A program made the position numbers and the translations under genes. This document shows positions 49,278 to 58,346 of a stretch of DNA of 64,000 bases, piece by piece. The DNA lies in contig OY970386.1 of NCBI GenBank assembly GCA_963719465.1, forward strand, positions 857,451 to 921,450, written 5' to 3'. The stretch comes from an uncultured Chloroflexia bacterium. Its GTDB lineage: Bacteria; Chloroflexota; Dehalococcoidia; DSTF01; JALHUB01. The first letter of the stretch is position 1, and every line of letters starts with the position of its first letter. The notes under the pieces were generated by a model. The model had not been told where the DNA came from, did no database searches, and saw only the letters and a list, made by a program, of their open reading frames with translations.

Positions 49278-50348
49278 ATGGACCGTAAGCGCGTTATTGT
49301 AGCGATGAGCGGCGGCGTTGATTCGTCGGTAGCGGCGGCGTTGCTGCTGCGCGAGGGGCACGACGTGTGCGGCGTGACGATGCGGTTGTGGACGGAGGAT
49401 TCGGGAGCTGCGTCTCTGAACAGCGGCTGCTGCGTTCTCGGCGCAGAGGACGCGCGAGCGGTGTGCGCGACGCTGGGCATGCCGCACCAGGTGATCAACT
49501 TCGAGCGGGAGTTCGCGAAGGAGGTCGTCGACTACTTCTGTCGCGACTACGAGCGGGGACGGACGCCCAACCCGTGCCTGGCCTGCAATGACCGGATGAA
49601 GTTCAAGCTGCTGCTGGAGCGCGCGACGGCGATGGGCGCCGACTTCCTGGCGACGGGCCATTACGCGCGCATTCGCAGCGACGGCGGCGAGTTCCGGTTG
49701 CTCAGGGCGGTGGACGCAACGAAGGACCAGTCCTACGCGTTGTTTACGGTAGGGCAGGCGGAGCTGGCGCGGCTGCTCTTTCCGGTCGGTGAGCACAGGA
49801 AGTCGGAAGTGCGGCGGCTGGCAGCGGAGCTGGGGCTGCCGGTGGCGGCGAAGCGCGACAGCTTCGAGATATGCTTCATCGGCGACGACTATCGGGCGTT
49901 CATCGGCGGGCGCGTGCGGCAGGAGCCGGGGGAGATACGCGACACGACGGGGCGGGTCGTCGGCAGGCACGAGGGCGTCGGCGGCTACACGGTCGGGCAG
50001 CGGCACGGCCTGGGGGTAGCGCTCGGCGAGCGGCGGTACGTCGTCGCGATCGACCGCGAGGAGAACGCGGTCACTATCGGCGGCGAGGACGATTTGCTAT
50101 GCGAGGGGCTGGTGGCGGAAGACCTGCGCTGGGTCGGCAGGCGGCCGGAGGGAGACATCGACGTGCTGGCGCAGGTGCGGTATCGGGCGCCGGCGGTGGC
50201 GGCGACGCTTTCGATGCACGGAGACGCGGGTTCGGTGCGATTTCGGGAGCCGCAGAGGGCGATCACGCCGGGGCAGGCTGCGGTATTCTATGACGGAGAG
50301 CAAGTTATCGGCGGCGGCATCATAGCGAAGGCGCTGCCTTCAGACTGA
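49278..50348 (+). CDS. mnmA: tRNA 2-thiouridine(34) synthase
   Basis: RVIVAMSGGVDSSVAA PP-loop, NPCLACN, ATGHYAR. Confidence 0.95.
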   Translation: MDRKRVIVAMSGGVDSSVAAALLLREGHDVCGVTMRLWTEDSGAASLNSGCCVLGAEDARAVCATLGMPHQVINFEREFAKEVVDYFCRDYERGRTPNPCLACNDRMKFKLLLERATAMGADFLATGHYARIRSDGGEFRLLRAVDATKDQSYALFTVGQAELARLLFPVGEHRKSEVRRLAAELGLPVAAKRDSFEICFIGDDYRAFIGGRVRQEPGEIRDTTGRVVGRHEGVGGYTVGQRHGLGVALGERRYVVAIDREENAVTIGGEDDLLCEGLVAEDLRWVGRRPEGDIDVLAQVRYRAPAVAATLSMHGDAGSVRFREPQRAITPGQAAVFYDGEQVIGGGIIAKALPSD

Positions 50349-50409
50349 GCGGCCGCCGGGGCTAACCCGCCATGACGGCAGGTTTCGACACACCAAGGAG
50401 GCGTGGCAC

Positions 50410-50731
50410 ATGAATCTCCAGGACGTTCCGAGATCTTGTCATTATCATCGCCGGTTGCCTTATGGCGCTGGTGCTGATCGTGACGCTCATCGTCGTGATC
50501 GTCGTCGGCTTCGCGACGCGCGGACTCATCGCCGCCGTCAGAAGCGTTCTGAAGACGCAGGTGTCGCCGACGCTGGACTCGGCAAAGGCGGTGGTCGATG
50601 ACATTCGCGGGACGACGGCTTTCGTCGCCGACACGACGGTCAGTCCTATCGTCCGAATCTGGGGGATCGTGACGGGGGTCCGTCGCGGCGTGATGGCGCT
50701 GGCGGGGCTGGGCCGGAAGAAGGGCAAGTAG
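50410..50731 (+). pseudogene. Small membrane protein (DUF948-like), apparent 1-nt insertion at 50422-50428
   Basis: ATG 50410 has the RBS AAGGAGG. MNLQDV, then the +1 frame gives RDLVIIIAGCLMALVLIVTLIVVIVVGF...LGRKKGK. Followed by a YtxH gene, the usual partner. Confidence 0.7.
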
Positions 50732-50755
50732 GGCGCCGGGCGAAGGAGGTTGATC

Positions 50756-51217
50756 ATGGACGAGACAACTGAGGGCGTCGAGGCGCGGCAGGGCGAAGAA
50801 GCCGAGGAGCCGAGCGTCGAGGCGGATGAGGAATGCGAGTGCGGGCCTGAGAAGCGAAGGAGGGGCGGATTCGGCGCGGGCATTCTCATGGGCGGGCTGG
50901 TCGGCGGCACGCTGGCGTTGCTGCTGGCGCCGCTGAAGGGGGAGACCGGCGCGTCGAAAGCGGTGTCGGGCGAGGGGGGAGAGCGACGACGCGCCCAGAT
51001 GGAGGAAGAAGGCTTGCTGAGGGCGCAGGTGGCGAAGGAACGGATGTCGTCGATGGCGGGCGGCATCGTGGCGGGCGCGCAGGGCGCCTGGCGGACGCTG
51101 CGGGAGCGGCTGAGCGACGCGTGGACGGAGGGCAAGGAGGGGATGGCGGAAGGGCAGGAGCAGGCGCGTCGGAAGCATTTCATGATGGCGCGTCGAGGGC
51201 ATCACCGGGCGCGCTAG
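50756..51217 (+). CDS. YtxH-domain protein
   Basis: GGFGAGILMGGLVGGTLALLLAP followed by charged helices. RBS GAAGGAGG. Confidence 0.7.
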   Translation: MDETTEGVEARQGEEAEEPSVEADEECECGPEKRRRGGFGAGILMGGLVGGTLALLLAPLKGETGASKAVSGEGGERRRAQMEEEGLLRAQVAKERMSSMAGGIVAGAQGAWRTLRERLSDAWTEGKEGMAEGQEQARRKHFMMARRGHHRAR

Positions 51218-51290
51218 TGGCCCTTTTTCTCCCCTCTAATGTTCTTCTGATCCGGCGTCCGGCTTCGTCGGAGGCCGCGGGCGCTGCTCC

Positions 51291-51857
51291 CTAGAACACC
51301 AACGGGATGAGCCGCTTCGTTCGGCGCTTGTACTCGGGATAGGCTATCGGGAAGTGGCGCGAGAGAAGCGCCTCCTCCTGCCGGGCGCGGGTCAGGACGC
51401 CGAGTACGCAGACGGCGAAGATGATGAGCACCCACACGTTGGCGATCCATACGACCACGCCCACGAGCATCAGCAGCATGCCGGTGTAGAGCGGGTGACG
51501 CACGTAGCGATACGGCCCGCGCCTGATGAGCTCGTGGCCCTCCTTGAAGACGGTACGCGAACTCCAGTTGCCGCCAAGCACCGTCCGCGCCCAGAAGGCG
51601 ACAACGAGGCCGGCGAGGACGATGGCGTCGGCTAGCACAGCCCTCCAGGCCGGCCTGTGGCTGAAGAAGTGTCCCAGAGCGGTGCCGGGGAAGACACGCC
51701 CTATGACCAGCATAAGAATCAAGACGAGAAGAAGGATCGGAAAACGAGGATAGCGAACTCTCTCCAGCGTCCGCTTCTGGCGAAAGGCGGCGACCAGGAG
51801 GTAGGCGTAGAAGGCGACGTAGCAGGCGATTATGAAGCCGCCGGCGAACTTGTCCAT
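51291..51857 (-). CDS. Isoprenylcysteine carboxyl methyltransferase (ICMT)-family membrane methyltransferase
   Basis: HELIRRGPYRYVRHPLYTGMLLMLVG signature. Multiple TM helices. Confidence 0.75.
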   Translation of the reverse strand: MDKFAGGFIIACYVAFYAYLLVAAFRQKRTLERVRYPRFPILLLVLILMLVIGRVFPGTALGHFFSHRPAWRAVLADAIVLAGLVVAFWARTVLGGNWSSRTVFKEGHELIRRGPYRYVRHPLYTGMLLMLVGVVVWIANVWVLIIFAVCVLGVLTRARQEEALLSRHFPIAYPEYKRRTKRLIPLVF

Positions 51858-52108
51858 ACTTCTATTCTGCGACGTCGTGAATCCGAGCGCCAGCGGCGGC
51901 GCAGCCCGGCGTGGAGCGGCGGCCAGTCGGGGCGATAGGCGTAGATGAGGACGGCGCTCAGAAGGAGGAGAGCCATCAGGCAGACGCATGAGGCGATCTC
52001 GACGGGCGTGGCGCTGAATTCTTCGTCGATACCGTTGTAGAGGAGCCAGAGGACGAAGAGAAGGTCGCCGGCGATCACAGCGTATCTCTTCCTGCCGGCG
52101 ATGCGCAT
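51830..52108 (-). CDS. Small two-TM membrane protein
   Basis: MRIAGRKRYAVIAGDLLFVLWLLY...CVCLMALLLLSAVLIYAY. 8 nt after the EVE gene stop. The tail overlaps the ICMT start. Confidence 0.45.
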   Translation of the reverse strand: MRIAGRKRYAVIAGDLLFVLWLLYNGIDEEFSATPVEIASCVCLMALLLLSAVLIYAYRPDWPPLHAGLRRRWRSDSRRRRIEVWTSSPAAS

Positions 52109-52116
52109 GCCAGTCC

Positions 52117-52554
52117 TCACTTCCTGGGCGTCATCCTTCTCGAGATGGTTTCGAAGTCCTCTTTCGGAATCTCGAGGAAGCCGAATCGGAAGACGTAGCC
52201 CCAGGCGCTCTTGTTGCGGATGAAGGTCAGCTCCGGAATGAGGGGCAGGGCGTCGACTTCGTCGCAAGGCAAGTAGTCGGCGTCGCGTCGGAACGATACG
52301 AAGCCAGCACCCATGTCTCCCTGATAGACATCGCCTTCTTTCACGCGGGCGATGGCGGTGAACCTCTTCAGCGGTTCCTTCCCCTCAAAACGAAGCTTGG
52401 GGGAGTAGAAGACGACCATGTCGCCGGGCCGCAGGCGCTTCATGGGGGCGGCCTTGCCGTGGTTCGCCTGAACGATGCCCAGCCGCTTGCCGATTTCCAC
52501 GTGGTCTCTGGAAACGACGATGAGCCAGTACCTGGTGTCGCGGGCGTCGGCCAT
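52117..52554 (-). CDS. EVE (PUA-like) domain protein
   Basis: YWLIVVSRDHV...PGDMVVFYSP...FTAIARV. Typical EVE fold pattern. Confidence 0.7.
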   Translation of the reverse strand: MADARDTRYWLIVVSRDHVEIGKRLGIVQANHGKAAPMKRLRPGDMVVFYSPKLRFEGKEPLKRFTAIARVKEGDVYQGDMGAGFVSFRRDADYLPCDEVDALPLIPELTFIRNKSAWGYVFRFGFLEIPKEDFETISRRMTPRK

Positions 52555-52572
52555 GGGGTCCTCCCGACCCGC

Positions 52573-52598
52573 GGGAGGTCTAAAGACCTCCCCTACAT
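52573..52598 (+). repeat. REP-like hairpin + CTAC element
   Basis: GGGAGGTCT AAA GACCTCCC CTACAT. Confidence 0.6.
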
Positions 52599-52620
52599 AT
52601 GGTGCTCCCTGCTCTCCAGT

Positions 52621-52708
52621 TGGCGGAGAGGGTGGGATTCGAACCCACGGACCCCGAAAGGTCACACGCTCTCCGGGCGTGCCTGATCGGCCACTCCAGC
52701 ACCTCTCC
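52621..52708 (-). tRNA. tRNA-Ser (type II, long variable arm), anticodon GGA by position, CCA encoded
   Basis: Reverse complement GGAGAGG TG CTG GAGTGGCCGAT CAG G CACGC CCGGAGA GCGTG (variable arm) GTGGG TTCGAAT CCCAC CCTCTCC G CCA. Position 33 reads C instead of U. Confidence 0.8.
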
Positions 52709-52719
52709 GCCTGAAGGAG

Positions 52720-52835
52720 CCGAGACTGGAAGGTCTCGGCTACGTTATTCGGTTGTTCTCTGCGCTGACGCGCCTAGACTGGAAACTCCCGGCTACGATG
52801 TTGGAGGCGCGGGCAAGATGCCCGCGCTACGTGAT
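52720..52835 (+). repeat. Cluster of three REP-like hairpin + CTAC elements between the two tRNA genes
   Basis: CCGAGACTGGAAGGTCTCGG CTACGTTA (52720-52748). A degenerate copy at 52773-52800. GCGCGGGCAAGATGCCCGCG CTACGTGA (52807-52835). Confidence 0.6.
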
Positions 52836-52855
52836 GCAATTTTGCCGCGAGAGTC

Positions 52856-52945
52856 TGGCGGAGAGGGAGGGATTCGAACCCCCGGTCCCGTTGCCAGGAC
52901 ACCGCTTTTCGAGAGCGGCACCATAAACCACTCGGACACCTCTCC
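52856..52945 (-). tRNA. tRNA-Ser (anticodon CGA), CCA encoded
   Basis: Reverse complement GGAGAGGTGTCCGAGTGG... with anticodon stem CCGCT/AGCGG and loop CTCGAAA. Long variable arm. TTCGAAT T-loop. Confidence 0.85.
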
Positions 52946-52994
52946 GCCGGGTGCCAATGGCAACGTAGATTATAGCACAGCAGCAGGTCGCTGC

Positions 52995-53726
52995 TCAGGA
53001 AAGAGGCGGAAGCGTTTGGACAGGTGCGGGCGTGGGCGTGGTATCGGGGACGCGGTCGCCGACGACGATGAGGCGCTTGTCGTACTGGCGGGTGGCGCTG
53101 TTGAAGGTGCCGCAGCAGGTGATGAGGGTGACTTGCTCATTGGGAGTGGGTCCGACGATCTGGTTGATGGGCGCGCCATCGACGGGGATGCACTCAAGGG
53201 AGGAGACCGCATAGTTATAGACGGCGCCGTCGGCAAGGTGGACTTCGATCATGTCGCCGGGATTGAGTTTGTTCAGATACCAGAAGACGGCGGCGCCGAC
53301 GTTATGGTAGTCGACGTGGCCGGCGAAGACGGCGTTGCCGCCGGTGCCGGGCCGGGCACTGAAGTCGTACCAGGCGACGTCGTAAGCGTTGCCGGGGGAT
53401 TGCATGACCCCGTTTTCGTCGAGGCCGAGGGCGACGAGGGGGGCGTCGACCTTGGCATTCGGGATCACGAGCCGGACGGGCGGCGCGTCGTCTGGCGTGG
53501 CAACAGCCGGCGACGGAGTCCATAGCTGCCGCGGAACTGTGAAGCCAGGAACCGTGCCGGGGCCGCTGCGCTCGGTGTTGCCGATTACGCCGCTGGCCGA
53601 CAGCCCGAAGAGTATGCCGGAGGCGAGGAGCGCCGCTATGCCCAGCGCCATCACGATTATGGAAAGGCGGCTGAGGCGGTCTGAAGTGGAGTGGGTGGCC
53701 GGTCGGAACTTCAAAGGCGTTGGCAT
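52995..53726 (-). CDS. Sortase-family transpeptidase (class F-like), copy 1
   Basis: N-terminal TM. VFAGHVDYH (His), TLITCCGTF (Cys), KRLIVVG (Arg). Confidence 0.8.
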   Translation of the reverse strand: MPTPLKFRPATHSTSDRLSRLSIIVMALGIAALLASGILFGLSASGVIGNTERSGPGTVPGFTVPRQLWTPSPAVATPDDAPPVRLVIPNAKVDAPLVALGLDENGVMQSPGNAYDVAWYDFSARPGTGGNAVFAGHVDYHNVGAAVFWYLNKLNPGDMIEVHLADGAVYNYAVSSLECIPVDGAPINQIVGPTPNEQVTLITCCGTFNSATRQYDKRLIVVGDRVPDTTPTPAPVQTLPPLS

Positions 53727-53788
53727 TTCCTGCTAGTCGGTTTCTATCATTCTATCGGAGCTTTGTCGTTCGCACTAGAGAGGGTCGC

Positions 53789-54583
53789 TCAGTTGACGCG
53801 CAGGCCGCGGACCACGAGGCGGTGGTCGTAGTTGTGGGTGGCGGGGTTGAACGTTCCCTGGCAGGTGACGATGGTTATGATGTCCTGGCCGGTCTTGGCG
53901 ACGTAGGTGCTGAAATCGTCGTCGTCGCCGATCTGCTTGCTCCATTGGACGGAATAGAGGATCGGCGTGCCGTCCGCCAGGTCGACCTCGATGATGTCGC
54001 CGGGGCCGACGAGGTGGAGGTTCCAGAAGACGGCCTCGTAGTTCGGATGGTAGTCGACGTGGCCGGCGAAGACGGCGTTGCCGCCAGAGCCAGGGGAGCC
54101 GCCCATGCCGGGCCAGGCGGTGAAGTCATACCAGACAACGTCGTCTTTGCCGTTGGGGACGCCCATGACGCCGTCGGTACCCATAACGCGGATGTTGACG
54201 GGGGCGTCGACGCCGATGGAGGGGATCTTCATGCGCATGCCGCTGCTGGCGGCCGGTCCCTGGGAGGACGAGCTTCCGCCGGCAGGGCCGGGCGTGGGCG
54301 TGGCTAGGGCGGCGGCCCACTCGGCGATGGCGGCCGGGTCGATCGTCGCCGTGGCGGTGGGCGTGAGCGTTGAGTCGGGAGTGGCGGTGCTGTTGTCCGC
54401 AAGGACGTCGCTGCCGGAGGAGGAGCCGGGGGAAGCGACGGCGACAAGAGCGATGAGGACAGCCACGTAGACAGCGGCGACGCCGCTCACGAGGAAAGCG
54501 CCGCGTGGGTAGCGTCGGTAGAGTCCGACGAACTGGTCGCGGCGCTGCTTGAGCGCGATTATCAGCCTATGCGAACGGCCCAT
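53789..54583 (-). CDS. Sortase-family transpeptidase (class F-like), copy 2
   Basis: N-terminal TM. VFAGHVDYH, ITIVTCQGTF, HRLVVRG. Confidence 0.8.
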   Translation of the reverse strand: MGRSHRLIIALKQRRDQFVGLYRRYPRGAFLVSGVAAVYVAVLIALVAVASPGSSSGSDVLADNSTATPDSTLTPTATATIDPAAIAEWAAALATPTPGPAGGSSSSQGPAASSGMRMKIPSIGVDAPVNIRVMGTDGVMGVPNGKDDVVWYDFTAWPGMGGSPGSGGNAVFAGHVDYHPNYEAVFWNLHLVGPGDIIEVDLADGTPILYSVQWSKQIGDDDDFSTYVAKTGQDIITIVTCQGTFNPATHNYDHRLVVRGLRVN

Positions 54584-55230
54584 ACTATCCGCCTATCATT
54601 ATACTGGCTTGTGGTGGAATTAAAGCTACCAGCGCAGGTTATCAGGGTTAGCGACTCCTGCGGCGTGGAAGCAACGATCTCGTTGAAGGCCGTGGAGGAC
54701 GGATCGACGACGCGGTTGGACTGAGTGGAATAGGTATACTGGCTGCCGTCCTCGAGACGAAGGGTAATCTGGTCACCCTGCTTGAGGTCGTCGAGATTGG
54801 CGAACACGGCCGGGCCATAGTCATGGTAATCGACGTGCCCCGCCAAGACGGTGTTGCCGCCGTCGCCGGGGCTGCCCCCGAAGCCGGGAAGGGCGGAGAA
54901 GTTGTAGTAGACGACTTGCTCGGGGCCATCCGGCGACGGCATGCGGCCGTCGGCGTCCACGGCGCGAGAGACGACGGGCGCGTCAATGCCGATGGCGGGG
55001 ATGACGAGCCGGTCGACGGGATCGGGTGTGGCGGTCGAGGTGGGCGAAGGCACGGGGGAGGAGAAGGCGATGTTGGAGATGCTTTCGTTGCCGGTGGCGG
55101 GATCGTCAACGTGGGCGAGGGCGACGAGCAGGACGAATGCGCCGGCCGCGGCGAGGGCCAGGGCCGAAGCCAGCAGGGGGCTCCAGCGGGGCAGGCGACG
55201 GGGGATTCTGGGACCTCCACCTCCACACAT
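54562..55230 (-). CDS. Sortase-family transpeptidase (class F-like), copy 3
   Basis: N-terminal TM. VLAGHVDYH, LTLITCAGSF, RRIVWAVR. Confidence 0.8.
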   Translation of the reverse strand: MCGGGGPRIPRRLPRWSPLLASALALAAAGAFVLLVALAHVDDPATGNESISNIAFSSPVPSPTSTATPDPVDRLVIPAIGIDAPVVSRAVDADGRMPSPDGPEQVVYYNFSALPGFGGSPGDGGNTVLAGHVDYHDYGPAVFANLDDLKQGDQITLRLEDGSQYTYSTQSNRVVDPSSTAFNEIVASTPQESLTLITCAGSFNSTTSQYNDRRIVWAVRIG

Positions 55231-55239
55231 GTTGCACCT

Positions 55240-55989
55240 CTAGCTTATGCGCACGGCCCAGACGACACGACGCTCGTCGTAGGAACGGCTCGTAGAGTCG
55301 AAGGTGCCGGCGCATGTGATCATGGTGAGCGATTCCTGCGGGGTTGAGGCGACGATCTGGTTCCAGGAGGTCGAGGCGGGGTCGACGACGCGGTTCCACT
55401 GGACGGTGTAATGATAAGAGCTGCCGTCATTGAGTTGAATGATGATCTCGTCGCCTTCGGCAAGCTTTCCAAGGTTCCAGAAGATGGCCGGGCCGTAGTC
55501 ATGGTAGTCGACGTGGCCGGAGAGAACGGTGTTGCCACCGACGCCGGGCCTACCGCCGAGGCCGGGGAAGGCGGAGAAGTCGTACCAGACGACGTCGTTA
55601 GGTCCGTCGGGGTTGGGCATGTCGGTCGAGCCGTTGGCGGCGGGTGTGACGACGCGCTCGGAGAGGACGGCGTCGACGTTGATGGACGGGATTATGAGGT
55701 GGTCGCCGCCACTGCTAGCGCCCGGAACCGGCGCACTCGGGTTGGTGCCGGATACGCCGCTGCTGTTCTGGCGGGCAGTCAGCAGGCTGGGGTCGAGCTG
55801 TTGCGCCTGGTTGATGCCTTCGTCGAGAAGGCCGGCGGAGCTCGCGGTGGGACTGCCGCCTGTCTTGGCGCTACTGCCGCCGCCGCTTCGGGCCACGCCG
55901 ATTGCGACGATGGCGATGACGAGGAGGACGACGACGGGCACGCCGAACAGGAGAAGGCGACGCGGTAAGGCAATTCGGTTCATCTGCAT
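55240..55989 (-). CDS. Sortase-family transpeptidase (class F-like), copy 4
   Basis: N-terminal TM. VLSGHVDYH, LTMITCAGTF, RRVVWAVR. The second ATG (55983) has better RBS spacing. Confidence 0.8.
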   Translation of the reverse strand: MQMNRIALPRRLLLFGVPVVVLLVIAIVAIGVARSGGGSSAKTGGSPTASSAGLLDEGINQAQQLDPSLLTARQNSSGVSGTNPSAPVPGASSGGDHLIIPSINVDAVLSERVVTPAANGSTDMPNPDGPNDVVWYDFSAFPGLGGRPGVGGNTVLSGHVDYHDYGPAIFWNLGKLAEGDEIIIQLNDGSSYHYTVQWNRVVDPASTSWNQIVASTPQESLTMITCAGTFDSTSRSYDERRVVWAVRIS

Positions 55990-56243
55990 ACCTCTTGGAT
56001 GAGAGCTCTATCCTCCGCCACCCTGTCTACCCTTCCTTCAGAGGCGGATGAACAGGTAGGCCCAACGATCCGGCTTGGCGCTCGCCGTCCACTATGGGAA
56101 CGGCGAAGGGCTGATTCAATTTTAGCGCTGGCAGCGCGATGGTCAAGCACGGCGGCGCGTGCTCAGCGGCGCGCACGGCTATGCTGCGTCGCTCAATTGT
56201 GCCAACTTCATTCACCTTTGAACTCATTCTTGCTTGAGAGTCG

Positions 56244-56283
56244 CTGGGGGCCCCGATTGCTCAGGGCCCCCAGGGTTTTTGTT
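56244..56283 (+). terminator. Strong intrinsic-terminator-like hairpin, oriented on the + strand
   Basis: CTGGGGGCCC (10-nt loop) GGGCCCCCAG followed by GGTTTTTGTT. No annotated + strand gene lies upstream. Confidence 0.5.
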
Positions 56284-56304
56284 CACTAAGCTCGCGGTTA
56301 CGAC

Positions 56305-57916
56305 CTACGGGAGGTAGCCGCCGTCACCGGTCTTCGGTGGGGTGACGCCCGCTCCGCTGGGGGCGACAGCGCCTGGCGGGGCGGCAGTCGGAGGCGCCGG
56401 AGCGCAGGAAACGAGGGTGTTGGTCTCGATGTCGGTGGTCGACGTATCGACTCGCGTGACCTTGAGGTCATCGTTCATCGTCAGCGTCTGGTCGAGGACG
56501 GTTGCGATAACCGTCACTCCAGCCGTGACGCCGGACAGAGGCGTGACCGTCGTCTTGGCGACGCCGTTGGCGTCGGTTGTGGCGACGATCGGCTTGGCGG
56601 CGCCCAGCGCGACCACGTCGAATCGCACCTGGTTGCCGACCGGGACGGGCTTGCCGTCGGAGTTCAGCACTGTGGCATCGACTTCAGCGCCCGTGACGCC
56701 GTCGCAGGTGATCTGCGGCGGTGTGGCCACCGTGATGGTGTTCGGGCCGCCGATGACGGTGAGGTCAACCCTGTCATCCGGGCTGAGGACGTTGGTCACG
56801 TTGTCAGAGGTGATATCGGTGAGCGGGGTGGCGACCACGCCCGCGCGAACGGTAGACGTGCCTGCGTCCTGGCCGCAGCCCAGGTTGAAGGCGGCGGTCA
56901 CCTTGCCGCTGGCAAGGCTGACCGAATGCATGAGCTCGAAGTCAGCCTTCACAGGGGTAACGTCCTGTTCACCAAGGTTGGTTGACAGGGCAACCTTGTC
57001 GTCCTTGGTGGAGAACCAACCTACCCAGAGGCCTGTCAGGTCTGTCCCGTCATCGTCAGCGACGGTGGCGAGCAGGCCGGTGACGTTCCGGCAGGCCAAC
57101 TTCGCTGTTGAAGCCGGCGGTGTCGGTGTAGGTGGGCAGCTCGCAGTTGTTGACCGGCGTGTTGAAGTCCGTGTTCTCGCTCTCGATGGTCGTCTTGGGA
57201 ACGGCCTGGAGGGTCACGCTGTCTTGCGCTCCCACGACGGTGTAGTCCAGTGTGGCGTCGACGCCGGACTGGGTGGTGACTGCCTGCGCGTCGCCCCGGT
57301 CCAGGGTGTTGCCTCCCGTGTTGCTCCCCGAGTAGAGGAGGTCAACGACCACGCCGTCGCCCTTGGTGCCGTCTGCGTTGCAGTCTTCGTCGGCGAACGG
57401 GCACTTGTTCTGAGTGGAGGCCAGCGTTGATGTTGCATCGACGGCCGGTGAGGTGGAGAGCCAGTCACCCTGGTCCGCGTCCTCTGTCAGAAGGTCGTCG
57501 TTGGAGACCATCGTGAGGACCCACATGGACTGGCTGTTGAATGCGACGTCGAAGACGGCAGGCGGCGTCGCAATATTTGTGCACGTTGATCCTCCCGGGG
57601 TGATACAAGTGGCGTCGGTAGCGTCCTCGCCCAGCTGGGCTGCGCTGGCGTTGACCAAGTCGGAGTAGGTGTCAACATCGTTAACGTTGCCGCCCAGGTC
57701 ACTAGCCAGCTGTTTCAGCATGGTCGGGCTCTCGAGAGCGTAGCAGGGGGCTATGCTGAAGCCGTGCTGGCCAAGAAGGGTGGCACATACGTCGGGGTTG
57801 AAGGCGATTATGTCCGTTGGTTTGGCTTGCGCCTTGCTCTGGTGGAATGATGCGCCGGCGACGCCGATGACGAGGGCCAGGCTCATCAGACCTGCTAGTA
57901 TTGCAAACTTCTTCAT
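56305..57916 (-). pseudogene. Secreted surface protein with a bacterial Ig-like (Big_1/invasin-like) domain, apparent 1-nt insertion at 57082-57088. Ends PPKTGDGGYLP
   Basis: Signal peptide MKKFAILAGLMSLALV. Paralogue of 58347..60041. Frame lost after ...FNSEVGLP and the other frame continues NVTGLLATVADDDGTD.... Big-like ITCDGVTGAEVDATVLNSDGKPV. Confidence 0.8.
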
Positions 57917-58285
57917 TCAGGAATCCTCCTTGTTCCGGTGCATTTGTACTTCGGTGTCTTCTTCTCTTTCCAGGTCCTTGTTCCGATCTGTCTGGCATTC
58001 GCTTCCTGCGTCGCCCTCGGCCGAGACTTATTCGACGACGCCGAAGACGACACGCTAGCTTCGCGGAACCTTCGTCGTTGCGATACCTCCTTTCCTTGGC
58101 CCAGTCCGCGTTCCCTGCCCACCGCGACGTCCCGTTCGCGTTCCGGCGGGCTGCGGCATCTTCGAGGCAGGCGCGATTACTCTCTGGCGCTGCCTCCCAG
58201 GCTTGTGCTGATGGTTATAACGTTCCAGGAACGAAAAGGTTAATGGTTGTTACGAAGATTGGCTTGATTGCTTTTGGCTTACGGC

Positions 58286-58314
58286 GATCCCCCTCCCGTA
58301 TGGGGAGGGGGATC
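58286..58314 (-). terminator. Perfect 12-bp hairpin downstream of 58347..60041
   Basis: GATCCCCCTCCC (5-nt loop) GGGAGGGGGATC, 33 nt past the stop. No clear U-tract. Confidence 0.45.
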
Positions 58315-58346
58315 GCGTTCGGTCAGGTTTTGTCTTGTTTCTCTGC

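Noticed and set aside
52621-52708. Assignment as tRNA-Leu or tRNA-Sec because of the long variable arm.
   Set aside because: The anticodon position reads GGA (Ser). The acceptor and D-arm are near-identical to the adjacent tRNA-Ser(CGA), and there is no UCA anticodon or 8/9-bp acceptor stem.
55999-56289. 96-aa + strand ORF between the sortase and surface-protein genes.
   Set aside because: Arg/Ala/Leu-rich, has no RBS, and reads through the terminator hairpin.
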